Shown here in pieces: positions 15,266 to 26,400 of a stretch of 64,000 bases of DNA. The stretch is from positions 10,803 to 74,802 of the forward strand of contig CAYHBG010000001.1 of assembly GCA_964354815.1 (NCBI GenBank), read 5' to 3'. Under the pieces are notes generated by a model, which was given only the letters and a program-made list of their open reading frames with translations, ran no database searches and had not been told where the DNA came from. The DNA comes from an uncultured Thermotogae bacterium. Lineage in GTDB: Bacteria > Bipolaricaulota > Bipolaricaulia > UBA7950 > UBA9294. Each line of letters opens with the position of its first letter. Within the stretch, counting starts at the first letter, position 1. Both the position numbers and the translations under genes were made by a program.

Positions 15266-16768
15266 CTAGAAGCCCCTGATGTCGTTGTCGTCGCGGATCT
15301 GGTGGGAGTGGGCGTAGTTGGGGTCGCTGATGCGCGGCGTGGTCTGGCGGGTCCGCAGGCTGGGCGGGTTGTTGAGGTAGGTCACCTCCACCGCGTCGAT
15401 GTCCCCCCGGTTGATGGAGAAGCGGGTGGTGTCCGCGTCAGGGACGTAGTTCCAGTCGTCGGCCGGGTCGAGGATCTCGCCGTCGAGGGTGTAGACGTTC
15501 AGCGTCCCGCGTGCCGGCGTGGCCGTGGTGTCGAAGTACCTGACCGTCACAGGGCTGTACATCACCTGGATCGGCAGCGTCTCGGTCACCCAGCCCTCGT
15601 GGATGGTTGTTCGGTCGGGCTGCGCGATGGCATTCTTCTTGAAGCCGAAGACCTGGACCCAGTCGATGTCCGCCCACCACGGCTCCGCCTGGAACAGGCT
15701 CCCTCCAGCAGAGAACCCGAGGGCGTCGGGACCGTTGCCGGCGATCTCCCAGGACAGCCCGATGCCGGGGTCCGGGTAGCCCCCGGGACCCCAGATGTAG
15801 ATGCTGTACTGGTCGTAGATATCCCAGACGACGCACCGCTGTCCGCTGATCGTGATCTCCTGGTAGAGGTCAGCCTCGGTGAACCCGGCCGTCAGGGACG
15901 TGAATGTCCAGGTGTCCATGTCCCATTCGCCGTCAGTCCCACGCCTGGTCGGGGTCTCGTAGGGCGGGATGATGTCCACCGTCACGGTCGCGGCAGCGGC
16001 TCCCGCCGCATCTCCGTCGGCCACGTTGATGGTGACGCGGAGGAAGCCCCCGCTGGGCGTCGTCTCTGACACCCCCGCCTCGAGCTCCACGATGTACCAG
16101 GTGTTCGAGGCGATCTCGAAGATGGCCTGGGAGTCCGCAACATCCAGGGACGCGAGGCCGTTGCCCCTGAGGCTGACGGTCCAGGCGTACACCGAGCTCC
16201 TGTTGAGGTAGCCGCTGAAACCAGCCCCCTCCTCGAAGGGGTTGTACATGTCGATCCAGCCCGCCGCCACGTCCTCCTCGGTCAGAAAGTAGAAGTACTC
16301 CCAGAGGAGGCCCTGGTTGTAGCCGTACCTCTGGAAGTGAACGGCCTGGTAGTACATGGGTCGATCCGCGAGGGCGTCCGAGATGCGGACCTTCCACTTG
16401 GCCCGGTAGTGGCCGGTGATCACCGAGGGCGCGGTGAGGCTGATCTCCTGCGTTCCACCACCGGACGACATGTAGGGGATCGCGTAGGGGTAGTAGGTGC
16501 GCGGGGGCTGGTTCTCTTGCCAGGGACGGAGGTCGATGATGCCGATGAAGCGGCTGGCGTTCATGTGGTACCCGATGGCCCCCGGGGGCCACTCACCGAC
16601 GCCGAGATCCTCGACGTAGACGTAGGGCGGAAGCGGGTCGCCCTCCTGCCAGGCGTAGGGGTACAGGTAGATCATCCCGTTCCCGTAGGTGGCGTAGCTG
16701 TAGGGATCGACGGTCGTGATGATCCGGCCGTAGCCGTCCTGGACGATGTAGGGGTAGGGGATGCTCAT
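15266..16768 (-). CDS. minor tail protein / putative receptor- or glycan-binding protein (500 aa)
   Basis: ATG 16768 with GGAG RBS, ATGA overlap with the upstream gene; Trp/Tyr-rich beta-type composition; last large gene of the tail block. Confidence 0.5.
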   Translation of the reverse strand: MSIPYPYIVQDGYGRIITTVDPYSYATYGNGMIYLYPYAWQEGDPLPPYVYVEDLGVGEWPPGAIGYHMNASRFIGIIDLRPWQENQPPRTYYPYAIPYMSSGGGTQEISLTAPSVITGHYRAKWKVRISDALADRPMYYQAVHFQRYGYNQGLLWEYFYFLTEEDVAAGWIDMYNPFEEGAGFSGYLNRSSVYAWTVSLRGNGLASLDVADSQAIFEIASNTWYIVELEAGVSETTPSGGFLRVTINVADGDAAGAAAATVTVDIIPPYETPTRRGTDGEWDMDTWTFTSLTAGFTEADLYQEITISGQRCVVWDIYDQYSIYIWGPGGYPDPGIGLSWEIAGNGPDALGFSAGGSLFQAEPWWADIDWVQVFGFKKNAIAQPDRTTIHEGWVTETLPIQVMYSPVTVRYFDTTATPARGTLNVYTLDGEILDPADDWNYVPDADTTRFSINRGDIDAVEVTYLNNPPSLRTRQTTPRISDPNYAHSHQIRDDNDIRGF

Positions 16769-17574
16769 GGTGTGAGCTCCAGGATGGCCGCGAGTGCGTC
16801 GGGAGCTCCGTTGGGGTGGGGCAAGGGGGTCATGGTTCGTGCCCGCTCGACCGCCGCCGGCACCCAGTCCGGGGCGGCGGCCTGGACGACGGCCTCCCCG
16901 GCGGCGCGGGCGAGCTCGAAGCGAACCTGGCAGTCCTGTGCCAGGAAGAACCCCGCGAACGGCTTCTCGTGGTGGAGCGCCTCGTACATCGTCAGGCCCG
17001 CCTGGCTCACCACGACTCCAGCCGACGCGATCCAGTCCACGGCGTTGGTGCTGACGACGGACGGGACGCCGGCCACCTCGACGGGGGCGACGAGGATGGC
17101 ATCCTCGCCGGCCTCGAGCAGGGCCACGGTGGCCCGCACGAACCAGCCCAGCATTGACCGCGATCCGGTCGCAACCACCACCACATCATGGGCAGGCTGG
17201 GTCTCCACAACGGGGTTGATCCATGCCTCTGTCACGAGACTGGGCCACGGCACCCTCTCGTAGACGCCGGCCGTGATCGTCAGGTCCACGTCCGGCTGCG
17301 CCGTCGGGATGGTGGGCGTCCGACCGACGTACACCGTCCTCTGGCGCGGGGTGTTGATGTAGGTCTGGGACCGCACGTCGAAGATGACGACGGACGAGGG
17401 AGGAGCGAGACGCTGGAACTCGGCCTCCGAGAAGGGCCTGACGGAGCAGTTGGGGGCGGAGTGGGTGTACTCGCTGCCTGACAGGATGACGGCCTCCTCG
17501 GGTGCGATCCTGCCGAGGGCAAGGCAACGCTGGAGCGGCCCGTTGTGTGTCCCTGGAGCATGGAAGAGCCACAT
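16765..17574 (-). CDS. putative glycosyltransferase (MurG/GT28-like C-terminal domain)
   Basis: VVVATGSRSMLGW...AILVAPVEVAGVPSVVS...VVSQAGLTMYEALHHEKPF...AQDCQVRFELARAAGEA resembles the Glyco_tran_28_C pattern (vicRAGa.TvaE...P.i..P...QxxNA); ATG 17574 in ATGA overlap (ORF track shows a longer TTG-started version). Confidence 0.4.
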   Translation of the reverse strand: MWLFHAPGTHNGPLQRCLALGRIAPEEAVILSGSEYTHSAPNCSVRPFSEAEFQRLAPPSSVVIFDVRSQTYINTPRQRTVYVGRTPTIPTAQPDVDLTITAGVYERVPWPSLVTEAWINPVVETQPAHDVVVVATGSRSMLGWFVRATVALLEAGEDAILVAPVEVAGVPSVVSTNAVDWIASAGVVVSQAGLTMYEALHHEKPFAGFFLAQDCQVRFELARAAGEAVVQAAAPDWVPAAVERARTMTPLPHPNGAPDALAAILELTP

Positions 17575-20500
17575 CAGGACGAGGTCCCCGGCGAGTACCA
17601 CCAACGCTCTTCCTCGCGGTCGTTGTCAGCGATGCCGAGCGTGCCCTCGTCTGGTCCCCACGTCCTGCTGAACGTGTCGAGCATGAGCCACTCCTCCTGC
17701 ACCTCGGTCTTCCCCGTTCGGACGAACTTCCGCTGCTTCTTGTCCGACGGCCACGGGAGGTAGTCGTAGATGTTCCACGGGGCCTCAGGGTCGAGGCCCA
17801 GGACCAGATCGTACTGGGGCACGGCGTAGTAGCGGCCCTCGAACGGCTCCTTGCCGACCACGAACCTGAGCGTCATCTGGCGGATCACCAGCTCGTCAGC
17901 CACGCCGTGCGCCGAGGACACCACCTCCGCCACCATGCCGGCCGAGAAGCCCGGGTCGAAGATCGTGGCCTCTGCCTTCACCACAGGGACGCTGTACCGC
18001 TCGTAGATCGAGGTGGCACGGCGGTCGAGCCAGCTCTGGTGGTGGATGTCGTTGCGGAACTCGCCGTACTGCCAGCGCCCGTAGACGCCCTGCGGCGCGT
18101 CCCGCACGGCTGCTGCCTGGGCCTTGCGAAGCTCCTTGAGGTACACCGCGAGGGTCTTCTTGTAGGCGGCCAGGTTGGCCTTCTCCTTGGCCGTCCTCTT
18201 CGACGGGGCCTTCAGCATGATGCGGTCGATCTTGGGCTGGAGGGCCGCGATCTTCCGCTCCCAGTAGTCCACCTGGGTGTTGGAGTCGGCGGGCTGGCGG
18301 GAGAGCATGATCTCGCCCGCCGTCGTGTAGGCGAGCGTGCCCCAGACGAAGGCATCGCTGATCATCGGTCCGATGTCGGAGGAGATCTTCAGGTTCCTGC
18401 TGCTGATCCCGCCGTCGCCGTCGGTGATCGGCCAGGGGGCGGTGACCATGTCGCGGGAGTGGTAGTGGAGCTCCTTGTAGGCGTTGATCCACCACACGCC
18501 CGTGGTCACCATGCTGATCGACTGCATGACCGTCCGCCACGTCGTCCCGGCTTGCATCGTCCAGGGCACCTCGAGGGCCACCTGTTCGACCCGATCCACG
18601 TTGGAGGTGAGGTCGAAGCCCTGTCCCGTGAGGTCCGTCAGGTCGCTGGTGACGATGGACTTGATGATTGTGTCGTCCCACGACCCCTTCGGGAACGGCT
18701 TCCAGTTGCGGTACTCGCCGGTCCCGTTGTGTGCCCTGTCCCACGAGGCGTTGTAGACCACAAGGCGGTCGAACATCACGTTGTAGTCCACCCCGATCAG
18801 GGTAGTCAGCGGCTCGTTGAAGGCGTCGGGGAAGACATAGCCCTTCTCGATCTGGGTGACGTAGCCACCGAAGACCCTGAAGTCGTCGATCTCGACGTGG
18901 ATCTCCTCGCCCCCGACGTACTGGGGGAACGACCCGCGCAGGGTGATACGGAAGGTGCCTGGGCCGGAGCGGGCGGACTGGGTGAACTCTGTCTGGGCCC
19001 ACATCACATCCGGCGTCATGTCGTTCCACGTCTCCGCGTCTGGTCGGGACCAGAGGATGGCAACCTGGAAGCGTCGTGTGATGACAGGAGGGTGGTCGTC
19101 ACCCAGCGGGTCCGTCGGTGAGCCAGAGGGGATGTACCAGGGGATGTTGTGGCCGGAGGCCTCGAGGACCGGCGTCACCGTGATGGTGTGGTCGTCGATC
19201 ACCGCCGTGATCGTGTACTCGACGCCGTCGATCACGATGCGCTGGCCGACCATCGTCGGGTCGAACTCGCCCGACTCCGCGTAGAAGGTGCTGGTCCCCC
19301 GGACCTCCCCGTCCGACCCCTCCTGGCTGGGCGGGAACACGACGTAGTTGGTGCCCATGATGTAGGCACCGACGGTGAAGTAGGGCTGGATGAAGGCGTC
19401 TGCCGTGAAGGTCGGCATGACGTAGGCGGAGAGCGTGAAGTCCCTCTGTGGGGTGCCTACGATGTGGGCCAGGACCTCGATCTCCCCGTACACCGTGCCG
19501 GCGAGCTGGGCGTCGAGCCAGAAGCCCCAGAAACTGCCCAGGTCGTCCACGACGACCGCATCCGCTGTCACACCCAGCTCGGGACTGGAAAGGGCCACAG
19601 CGTCGATCTGGAACGCCCCTGCGCCCTCCAGATAGGTGAGCCAGGCCCCCACCGTGAAGGCCGGCATGATGATCGCGTCGATGGTGAACGGGTAGGCCTG
19701 GACGATGAGGGCCTCGACGTTGAACAGGGCTGTCCACGTCATCCCCAGCCAGGCCCCGGCGGTGAAGGTGCCGCGCTGTTCGTCGGGCGCGTCGATGTCG
19801 GCCTCGAGGGTGAAGGACCCGAGGCGCTCGAGGCCCACGATGGCCGCGTCGATACTGAACTGCTCGCCCGTGAAGCCTTCGATCCAGGCGTCCACCGGCA
19901 CCCCATCGTCGCCCTCGAAGACGGGGTGGTAGACGGGGATCTCCAGCCACGCCCGGACCCGGAAGTAGGCGTAGGGGTGGGTGACTGTGCCGATGATGGC
20001 GTCGGCCGTGAACATCGGCTGCCAGACCACGGCCTCGAGGGGGAAGGAACCCTCCATGTCGTAGCGGAAGAACGCGGCTGCGATCTGGAACCATTGGACC
20101 TTGCGGAGGTGCAGGAGGGTGTCAACGGTGAAGGTGCCGGGCGTCCAGATCGAGGCGAGCTCCGCGTCCAGCGTGAACCACGGCAGGACGAAGGCATCGG
20201 CCGGGAAGCTCGACTCCACGGTGGAGGAGGAGCTGGCGAGGACAGCATCGGTGGCGAACGACCCAGCCTGCTCGAGCAGTAGGATGGCGTCGGTTGTCAG
20301 GCCGCCCGGCTGCGTGGCACGGGTGACGGCGTCGAGAGTGGCAACCCCCGTCGCCGTCAGCCTGACGACCGCATCCCCGCTGAAGGATCCGGGCGTCGTG
20401 GCGGTCAGGACGGCGTCGGAGGTCAGGCCCGACGCGAGCTGGGAGAGAACGAGCGCATCAGCGGTCAGGGACCCGGAAACGGCGGTCCCGAGGACCGCAT

Positions 20501-20615
20501 CCGCCGTGAAGGCCGACTCGTATGTGATCTGGCCTGCGGGGCCGTCCTGCCAGAACCCGTACCAGGCCTGGCCCCGCTCCCAGAAGTTGTCCCAGCGAGC
20601 GTCGAGCCGGGCCAT
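17574..20615 (-). CDS. tail fibre / minor tail protein with N-terminal short tandem GSFTADAV-type repeats (1013 aa)
   Basis: ATG 20615 with AGGAG RBS; N-terminal ~450 aa made of 15-18-aa repeats (SFTADAVL, FTIDAII, FTVGAWL); the same repeat type fills the 2622-aa protein. Confidence 0.6.
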   Translation of the reverse strand: MARLDARWDNFWERGQAWYGFWQDGPAGQITYESAFTADAVLGTAVSGSLTADALVLSQLASGLTSDAVLTATTPGSFSGDAVVRLTATGVATLDAVTRATQPGGLTTDAILLLEQAGSFATDAVLASSSSTVESSFPADAFVLPWFTLDAELASIWTPGTFTVDTLLHLRKVQWFQIAAAFFRYDMEGSFPLEAVVWQPMFTADAIIGTVTHPYAYFRVRAWLEIPVYHPVFEGDDGVPVDAWIEGFTGEQFSIDAAIVGLERLGSFTLEADIDAPDEQRGTFTAGAWLGMTWTALFNVEALIVQAYPFTIDAIIMPAFTVGAWLTYLEGAGAFQIDAVALSSPELGVTADAVVVDDLGSFWGFWLDAQLAGTVYGEIEVLAHIVGTPQRDFTLSAYVMPTFTADAFIQPYFTVGAYIMGTNYVVFPPSQEGSDGEVRGTSTFYAESGEFDPTMVGQRIVIDGVEYTITAVIDDHTITVTPVLEASGHNIPWYIPSGSPTDPLGDDHPPVITRRFQVAILWSRPDAETWNDMTPDVMWAQTEFTQSARSGPGTFRITLRGSFPQYVGGEEIHVEIDDFRVFGGYVTQIEKGYVFPDAFNEPLTTLIGVDYNVMFDRLVVYNASWDRAHNGTGEYRNWKPFPKGSWDDTIIKSIVTSDLTDLTGQGFDLTSNVDRVEQVALEVPWTMQAGTTWRTVMQSISMVTTGVWWINAYKELHYHSRDMVTAPWPITDGDGGISSRNLKISSDIGPMISDAFVWGTLAYTTAGEIMLSRQPADSNTQVDYWERKIAALQPKIDRIMLKAPSKRTAKEKANLAAYKKTLAVYLKELRKAQAAAVRDAPQGVYGRWQYGEFRNDIHHQSWLDRRATSIYERYSVPVVKAEATIFDPGFSAGMVAEVVSSAHGVADELVIRQMTLRFVVGKEPFEGRYYAVPQYDLVLGLDPEAPWNIYDYLPWPSDKKQRKFVRTGKTEVQEEWLMLDTFSRTWGPDEGTLGIADNDREEERWWYSPGTSS

Positions 20616-20623
20616 CGCGGCTC

Positions 20624-21874
20624 CTAGCGGTCAGCTTCGATGTAGATCCGGTTCACGCCGATGGCGACCGTCGTCACCGTGGTGTTGGCCGTGCCGTTGC
20701 TGATCGTCACCTGGGGGCCGAGGAACGTGGAGTCCGCCGGGAGGTTCGTGCTGACGCTGGAGTCGATCAGCGTGGTCCCGGCGTTGATGTCGTCGAGACG
20801 GTAGTGGATCTCGGTGTCGTAGGGCTTGGCGTACATGTAGAAGTCGAAGCCCTGCGCGGCCCCGAGGTTCACGTTGCTGATCGCTGACCCCGTGTTCAGA
20901 GTCGTGCCGTCCTTGGTCGCGAGGTAGAGGACGTTCGCGCCCATCGTGGTGTCGTGCCACAGGCCGATGGTGTTGTTCGTGAAGGTGTCCGATACCGCGA
21001 CCTCTGCGGTGCCCGGCGTCAGGCCCACGAACAGGCGGCAGGAGTCGGCCGCCCACAACTCCACGACGAAGCGGGTGAAGAAGAAGAACCCACCCAGCCC
21101 GGCCGAGGTTCCGCGCCAGAACGCGGGCATGCCCGAGGCGGTGCTGATGATGCCCATGACCTGGTTGGTCGTGGTCACGGCATTCGCGTGCCGCGTCCGC
21201 TTCATCTGGCTGACGATGGCGGGCGTCGTGGAGGCAGGGGTGATGGTGCTGACCGTGCCAGCCGAGCTGCCCTTGGCCCATGTCGTCCCGAAGCCACCCG
21301 TCACCGTCGTGCTGGACATCGGCGTGAACAGCATGATGTTGTTGCCGAACAGGGCAGGCTGGAACCAGGTGTCCACACCCGACGGCCCGATCCACTTCGG
21401 CAGCGTCCGCCCCGAGGTGTTCCTCGCGAACATCCGCAGGCCCGAGGTGGGAGCGGCAGGGTTCGTGATCGCTGCCCATTCGAGGTAGCCGCTGTGGATG
21501 TCGTTGAGCAGCGTGGTGCCGGCGGGGATCTCCGCGAAGTCCCAGCCCTTGCCGTCCTCGTAGGTCGCGGCCCCTCCGGCGGGGAGGTTGATCACGGGCG
21601 TGATCGCGTTCGCGTTCGCCGTTCCGCCACGGAAGAGCTGGAAGGTGTTCGCGCTCACGGTGTCCGTGTTCACCAGGGTGATCGTGCGGACGAAGGTCGG
21701 TCCGTTCGCGGTCGCCGTGTAGATCGTCGCGGCCGAGGCGGCGAGCTGGCCCTGGGCGAGGACCTTGTACGTCTCGGTGGTGCCGTTCAGCTCCATGCCG
21801 AAGATCGTGTAGGTCACCTCCGAGGCAGCAGACGCCACCCCGGCGAGGGTGTCGTTGGCTGCAAGGGTGTACAT
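20624..21874 (-). CDS. minor tail protein (Thr/Ala-rich, 417 aa)
   Basis: ATG 21874 preceded by AGGAGG; the ORF-track N-terminal 131 aa is a low-complexity Pro/Arg over-extension; stop adjacent to the next gene. Confidence 0.5.
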   Translation of the reverse strand: MYTLAANDTLAGVASAASEVTYTIFGMELNGTTETYKVLAQGQLAASAATIYTATANGPTFVRTITLVNTDTVSANTFQLFRGGTANANAITPVINLPAGGAATYEDGKGWDFAEIPAGTTLLNDIHSGYLEWAAITNPAAPTSGLRMFARNTSGRTLPKWIGPSGVDTWFQPALFGNNIMLFTPMSSTTVTGGFGTTWAKGSSAGTVSTITPASTTPAIVSQMKRTRHANAVTTTNQVMGIISTASGMPAFWRGTSAGLGGFFFFTRFVVELWAADSCRLFVGLTPGTAEVAVSDTFTNNTIGLWHDTTMGANVLYLATKDGTTLNTGSAISNVNLGAAQGFDFYMYAKPYDTEIHYRLDDINAGTTLIDSSVSTNLPADSTFLGPQVTISNGTANTTVTTVAIGVNRIYIEADR

Positions 21875-21882
21875 GGGTCCTC

Positions 21883-23451
21883 CTACAGGTTGTGCCAGAC
21901 GTGGTACTCGACGTAGACCTTCCGGCCCCCGGTCGGGTTCGCCGCGAGCTGGAAGATCCCATCCGTGGGGCTGGTCTCGAGGAAGCCTACGGCGCCCGAC
22001 TCCGGGTCCTGCGTACTGATCTGGCGGAGGTTCCCGACGAAGACCGTGATCGAGTCCCGGATGAAGGCGTAGCTGCACTCGTACTTGCGGTTGCCGATGG
22101 AGCGCGGGTACTCCTTGACCAGGGTGTATGCCTCCGCGTTCACGATGGGAGCGTCGGGGTTCTTCCGGCGGTCGATGACGTTGAAGTTGGGGTTCTGGAG
22201 GCCCCTCGTCACCGGCCGCTTGAGGGCCAGCAGCAGGCCCCACGGGTCCTGGGTGTCGTAGCTGCACATGAAGCGGTACTCGACCACGTTGGGCAGCGGG
22301 AAGTTGAACGAGATCGAGCGGATGGGGAAGTTCTCCGTGATCCCGTGTGCGTTCGAGATCACGTTGATGAGCTGGCCTGGGTAGATGGACTCCCCGCCGG
22401 CCCCAAGGCTGTAGGTCGTGAACTCCGCCCGCTTCGCCGGGTCTCCCTGCTGGTAGAGGACTTTCGTGGCGCGGACGTTGACCATCCCCTGGAGCCAGTT
22501 GCTGTTCAGCACCTCGGCGTACTGGAAGCGGCCGTAGGTGTTGATGGAGGTCTGGTTCTTGGCGTGCCTGTAGAGGAGATGGTCAGTCGTCGCCGTGGCA
22601 CGAGGATCGAGGGTCCCGGTGAACACCAGCACGTCGTTCTTGATCTGGCTGATGTCGGTTGTGACCTTGAGGTCCCTCGTCGGGACGCCGAAGACGCCGT
22701 TGTACTCGACGGCGTTGTCCTCGTCGCCCACCCAGTAGGGAGCGTTGTCGCGGTCCTGCTCCATGTAGACGAGGTAGCCGTCGGGGTCGATGTACCAGAT
22801 CGAGGACCCGGGGGTGGACCGCTGGACGTTCGTGGACACGTCCGTCAGGAAGTTGCGGAGCGTGGTGCCGGCGTTGGGCGGGGTGAAGTTGCCGTCGGGG
22901 TTGATCATCCCCACCCGGCTGATCTTCGAGTCCGACCCGTCCCAGCGGATGATGTCGGGCATGTCGAAGTCGTTGAGCATCGCCTTGATGTACTCCCGGT
23001 CGTAGGTGTACCGGGGAACCGTGACGATGTAGCCGTAGGTCACGCCGTTCGCGACCTCCCGGACACGCTTGTACGACCCGCCACCGTCGGGGTAGCGGGT
23101 GGGGTGGGCGTGGTTGTACATCATCAGCTTGTCGAGGAGGATGTTGAGGTCCACCCCATTGAGGATCCAGACACGGTCGCCGGGGTCGTCGGGGAACAGG
23201 TAGCCCTGCTCCACGGTGAACAGGTACCCCCGCCACATCACCTTGTAAGGAACGCTGGCGGTCGAGATCCCGAGGGTGATCATCGAGCCGGGCGTGAACG
23301 AGCGTGACCAGTTGGGGTCGCGGACCACGATCTGGCACGTCCCCGGCTGCGCCCCGGCGGAGATCGTGAAGTTGGTCTGGGCGTAGACCACGTCCTCGCT
23401 GATGTCGCCGTCCGCGACGGTGATCGTGATCTCGGAGAACTCGGGGACCAC
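21883..23451 (-). CDS. minor tail protein (distal tail/baseplate-like; first gene after tape measure)
   Basis: GTG 23451 three nt after the TMP stop; 522 aa; position immediately downstream of TMP as for Dit-like proteins. Confidence 0.5.
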   Translation of the reverse strand: MVPEFSEITITVADGDISEDVVYAQTNFTISAGAQPGTCQIVVRDPNWSRSFTPGSMITLGISTASVPYKVMWRGYLFTVEQGYLFPDDPGDRVWILNGVDLNILLDKLMMYNHAHPTRYPDGGGSYKRVREVANGVTYGYIVTVPRYTYDREYIKAMLNDFDMPDIIRWDGSDSKISRVGMINPDGNFTPPNAGTTLRNFLTDVSTNVQRSTPGSSIWYIDPDGYLVYMEQDRDNAPYWVGDEDNAVEYNGVFGVPTRDLKVTTDISQIKNDVLVFTGTLDPRATATTDHLLYRHAKNQTSINTYGRFQYAEVLNSNWLQGMVNVRATKVLYQQGDPAKRAEFTTYSLGAGGESIYPGQLINVISNAHGITENFPIRSISFNFPLPNVVEYRFMCSYDTQDPWGLLLALKRPVTRGLQNPNFNVIDRRKNPDAPIVNAEAYTLVKEYPRSIGNRKYECSYAFIRDSITVFVGNLRQISTQDPESGAVGFLETSPTDGIFQLAANPTGGRKVYVEYHVWHNL

Positions 23452-23453
23452 GG

Positions 23454-26400
23454 CTACACCGCCGGGGAGCGGAGACCGAGCATCTGGCCCTTCTTCGCGA
23501 GGACGCGCTCAACCTCGTGGGCCACGGCACGAGCCAGGTGCGAGATGTCCTGCTCGCCGCGAACCACGGGGCCGTTGATGTTCACGGTCACGCTGGAGGG
23601 ACCGCCGCCGAACCCGCCGCCCACATCCACCGAACGGGGGTTGCGGAGGATGGCAACCGCCTCGTCTCCCGCCTCGCCCATGATGGCGCGGGTCTTGCCC
23701 TTCGCCATGCCGACAATGCCGGCGGCGTGCGCGATGGTCGGAGCGGTGACGCTCGTCCCGGTCCTCGTCTTCTGGAACGAGAAGCCAAGAGCCTCGAGGA
23801 ACGACCGCATCCCGGTGGATGCCCCGCCGACGTAGTCGCCGAGCGTGGAAAGGTCAGCGTTCGCCTGCTTGATCGTGCCGCCGAACGTGTCGGCGTACTG
23901 CGCCGCCAGGTCCTGGGCGATGGAGTACTTGTTCATCGCGGTGTTGTAGATATCGTCCGCCTTGCCGAGATCGGTAGCGATCTGGGTGTTGAGGGCCGCG
24001 ATGGCGGCCTGGGCCGCCGCCGTCTCGACCTCCGCCGTGTGGGCGGCCTGAGAGGCGGCCCATGCAGCCTGGGCGTCCTGAAGGTTCCGCTGGGCCTGGA
24101 TCTTCCACTCCTCGCCGGTCCCGGCGTAGGACTCCTTGGCATAGCCCAGCTTCTGCTGGCCGATGCCGGCGGTGATGATCGCCTCCTTCTGGCGCATGTA
24201 CCGCTCTTCGCCCGTCTCGCCGGGAGCCTGGAACTGGGCGATGGCGAGCTGGGTCGTGATCTGCCGCTGCTGGAGGGCGAGGTCGAGCGCCTGGCTGGCG
24301 CGGCCGATCTGCCAGAGGTGCCGCTGGAGCTTGCCAAGGGCGGACCCTCCGGCCTGGCCCAGCATGCCGGCCGCGTCCGCGATGCCACGCAGGGCCAGGC
24401 GGGTCGTGTTGGCCCAACTCGCCTGAGAGGCGGTGGCGGACAACTCACCGATCTGACTCTGGAGGTTGGCGACCTCACGACTCGCGTCTTGCGCCGAGGT
24501 CATCAGGCCCTTGTAGCGATCAGCATTGGCCTGGCCGGACGTGGGGAGCATCTGCTTCCCGAACTGGCCTTCACCGAGGGACACCGTCTGCATCGTGCCC
24601 GGACCGGGCTGGCTCTGGATCTCCGCGTAGGCCTTGTCGATGGCCTTCTGGTTGTCGATCTCCTGTGCGACCTGAAGCTCGGTGGCGCGAGCCATGTACC
24701 CGGCCGCCTCCGCTGCGGCTCCCTTGGACAGGCCCATGCCGCCGCCGAACGTGGGCGTTCCGCCCTTGCCGAACTTGACCGTGGGCTTGCCGCTCAGGAT
24801 CTGCTGGTACTCGTCGGTCGCCATGCCCTTGGCCCAGTCGGACCAGCCCTGCTGGTTGCCGAACGAGGCCCCGGCCCTGGTCCGCTGCTTCTGCCAGTAC
24901 GAGATACCAGCCGCCCCCGGCACGACCCCCGATCCGGCGGGGAGATACGGACTCTGGATCCGCTGCATCGCCTGGTTGAGCGGGATCGTCAGGGTCTGGG
25001 TGATCATGCTCGCGATGTCGAGGCGCTCGAACTGCACCGCGACCTTGCGCTCCATCGTCTTGCCCCACTCCGCCGCGTCGGGGATCGTGAGGCCGGTCGT
25101 CCAGTCCTTGAGCGCCTTGTCGATGGTGTTGAAGTCCGTGATGATCTTGCCGGTAGCATCCGTGAAGGCGTACCCGGTGTTCATCAGGTTCTTGACCATC
25201 TGGGGCAGCGCGGCAGCGGCGGGACTCTTGCCCGCATCACGCGCCTCCTGCCCCCGGTACGCCATCGTGGGTCCGGCCGCAGCCCCGACCCGCTTCTGGG
25301 CGCGGGTCATCGCGGCGTTCGTGGAGTCGGTGATGGCGAGTTCGGCATCCATCATCGAGTTGAACTTCTGGGAGACCTCGTTCCAGTTGCCGAACTCCGT
25401 CGGGGAGTAGTACATCTCCTGGACGTTCTTCGGCCGCAGAGCCGGCTCGCCGCCCGGTGTCTGGTTCAGGATGTCCCCGACGATGGCACCGATGCCGCCG
25501 GCGGCAGCACCGCCGACAGCGCCTGCGCCGACGCCGAACGGGGTGGCCGACCACGCCCCGAGACCAGCTCCGGCAGCAGCCCCGGCACCGGCAGCGCCGA
25601 TGTAGCGCCCGATGCCGGTGTCGCCACGGCTGGCCCGGATGGTGTTGACCAACTCCTCGACCGCGCCAGACCCGCCGCCGAACTGGGTCCCGAACAGGGG
25701 TCCGCCCATGACGCCGCCGTAGCCGCCATAAAGGCCCTGGGCCCCACCCTGCATGCTGGCGGCGGCCAGGATCTGGTCCGACGCCTCGGACCACGCCTTG
25801 CCGCCAGCCTTGGCGACGACGGACGCCTTGAGGGCATCTTCCACCCAGCTCCCGACGGAAAGCGAGAGACCAGCCGTCGCAGCCGTTCCAGCGATGGCGG
25901 CCTGGTAGTTACCACCCTGCTGGCGCGTCTGATCAGCGAGGGCGTTCGTGACCTTGGTGGCCGTCGGAGCCATGCCCATCATCACGTCGCCGACACGCTG
26001 CATGGCCGGTAGGGCAGCCTCGTCAATGATCTTCGACGCAGCCTGCATCGCCATGCCGTAGAGGCTGGTCGAGCCAATGATCACGCCCAGGTTGCGGAGC
26101 ACGCCGCCCGTGGTGGGCATCGTCTTCTTGGTGGCGGCATCTAGCTCCTTCTGGTATTGCCTCTCGGCCTGAACCAGCGGCTTGATGGTCTCGCTGTTCT
26201 TCTTCCTGGCCCCCTCGAGCTCCTTCTCCGCGTCGGCTCGTTCGGGCGTTCCCTCCCCGTACTTATCGACCTCGGAGCGGTAGGCATTCAGGTTCGCCAC
26301 GCCCTTCTGGATGGCGTATCCGGTGCGGTTGTGCGCCTGGGTGTACGCCTTCTCCGCCTGGGCGCGGGCGACCATCGCCCGGTCGTATCCCTGGACGCCG

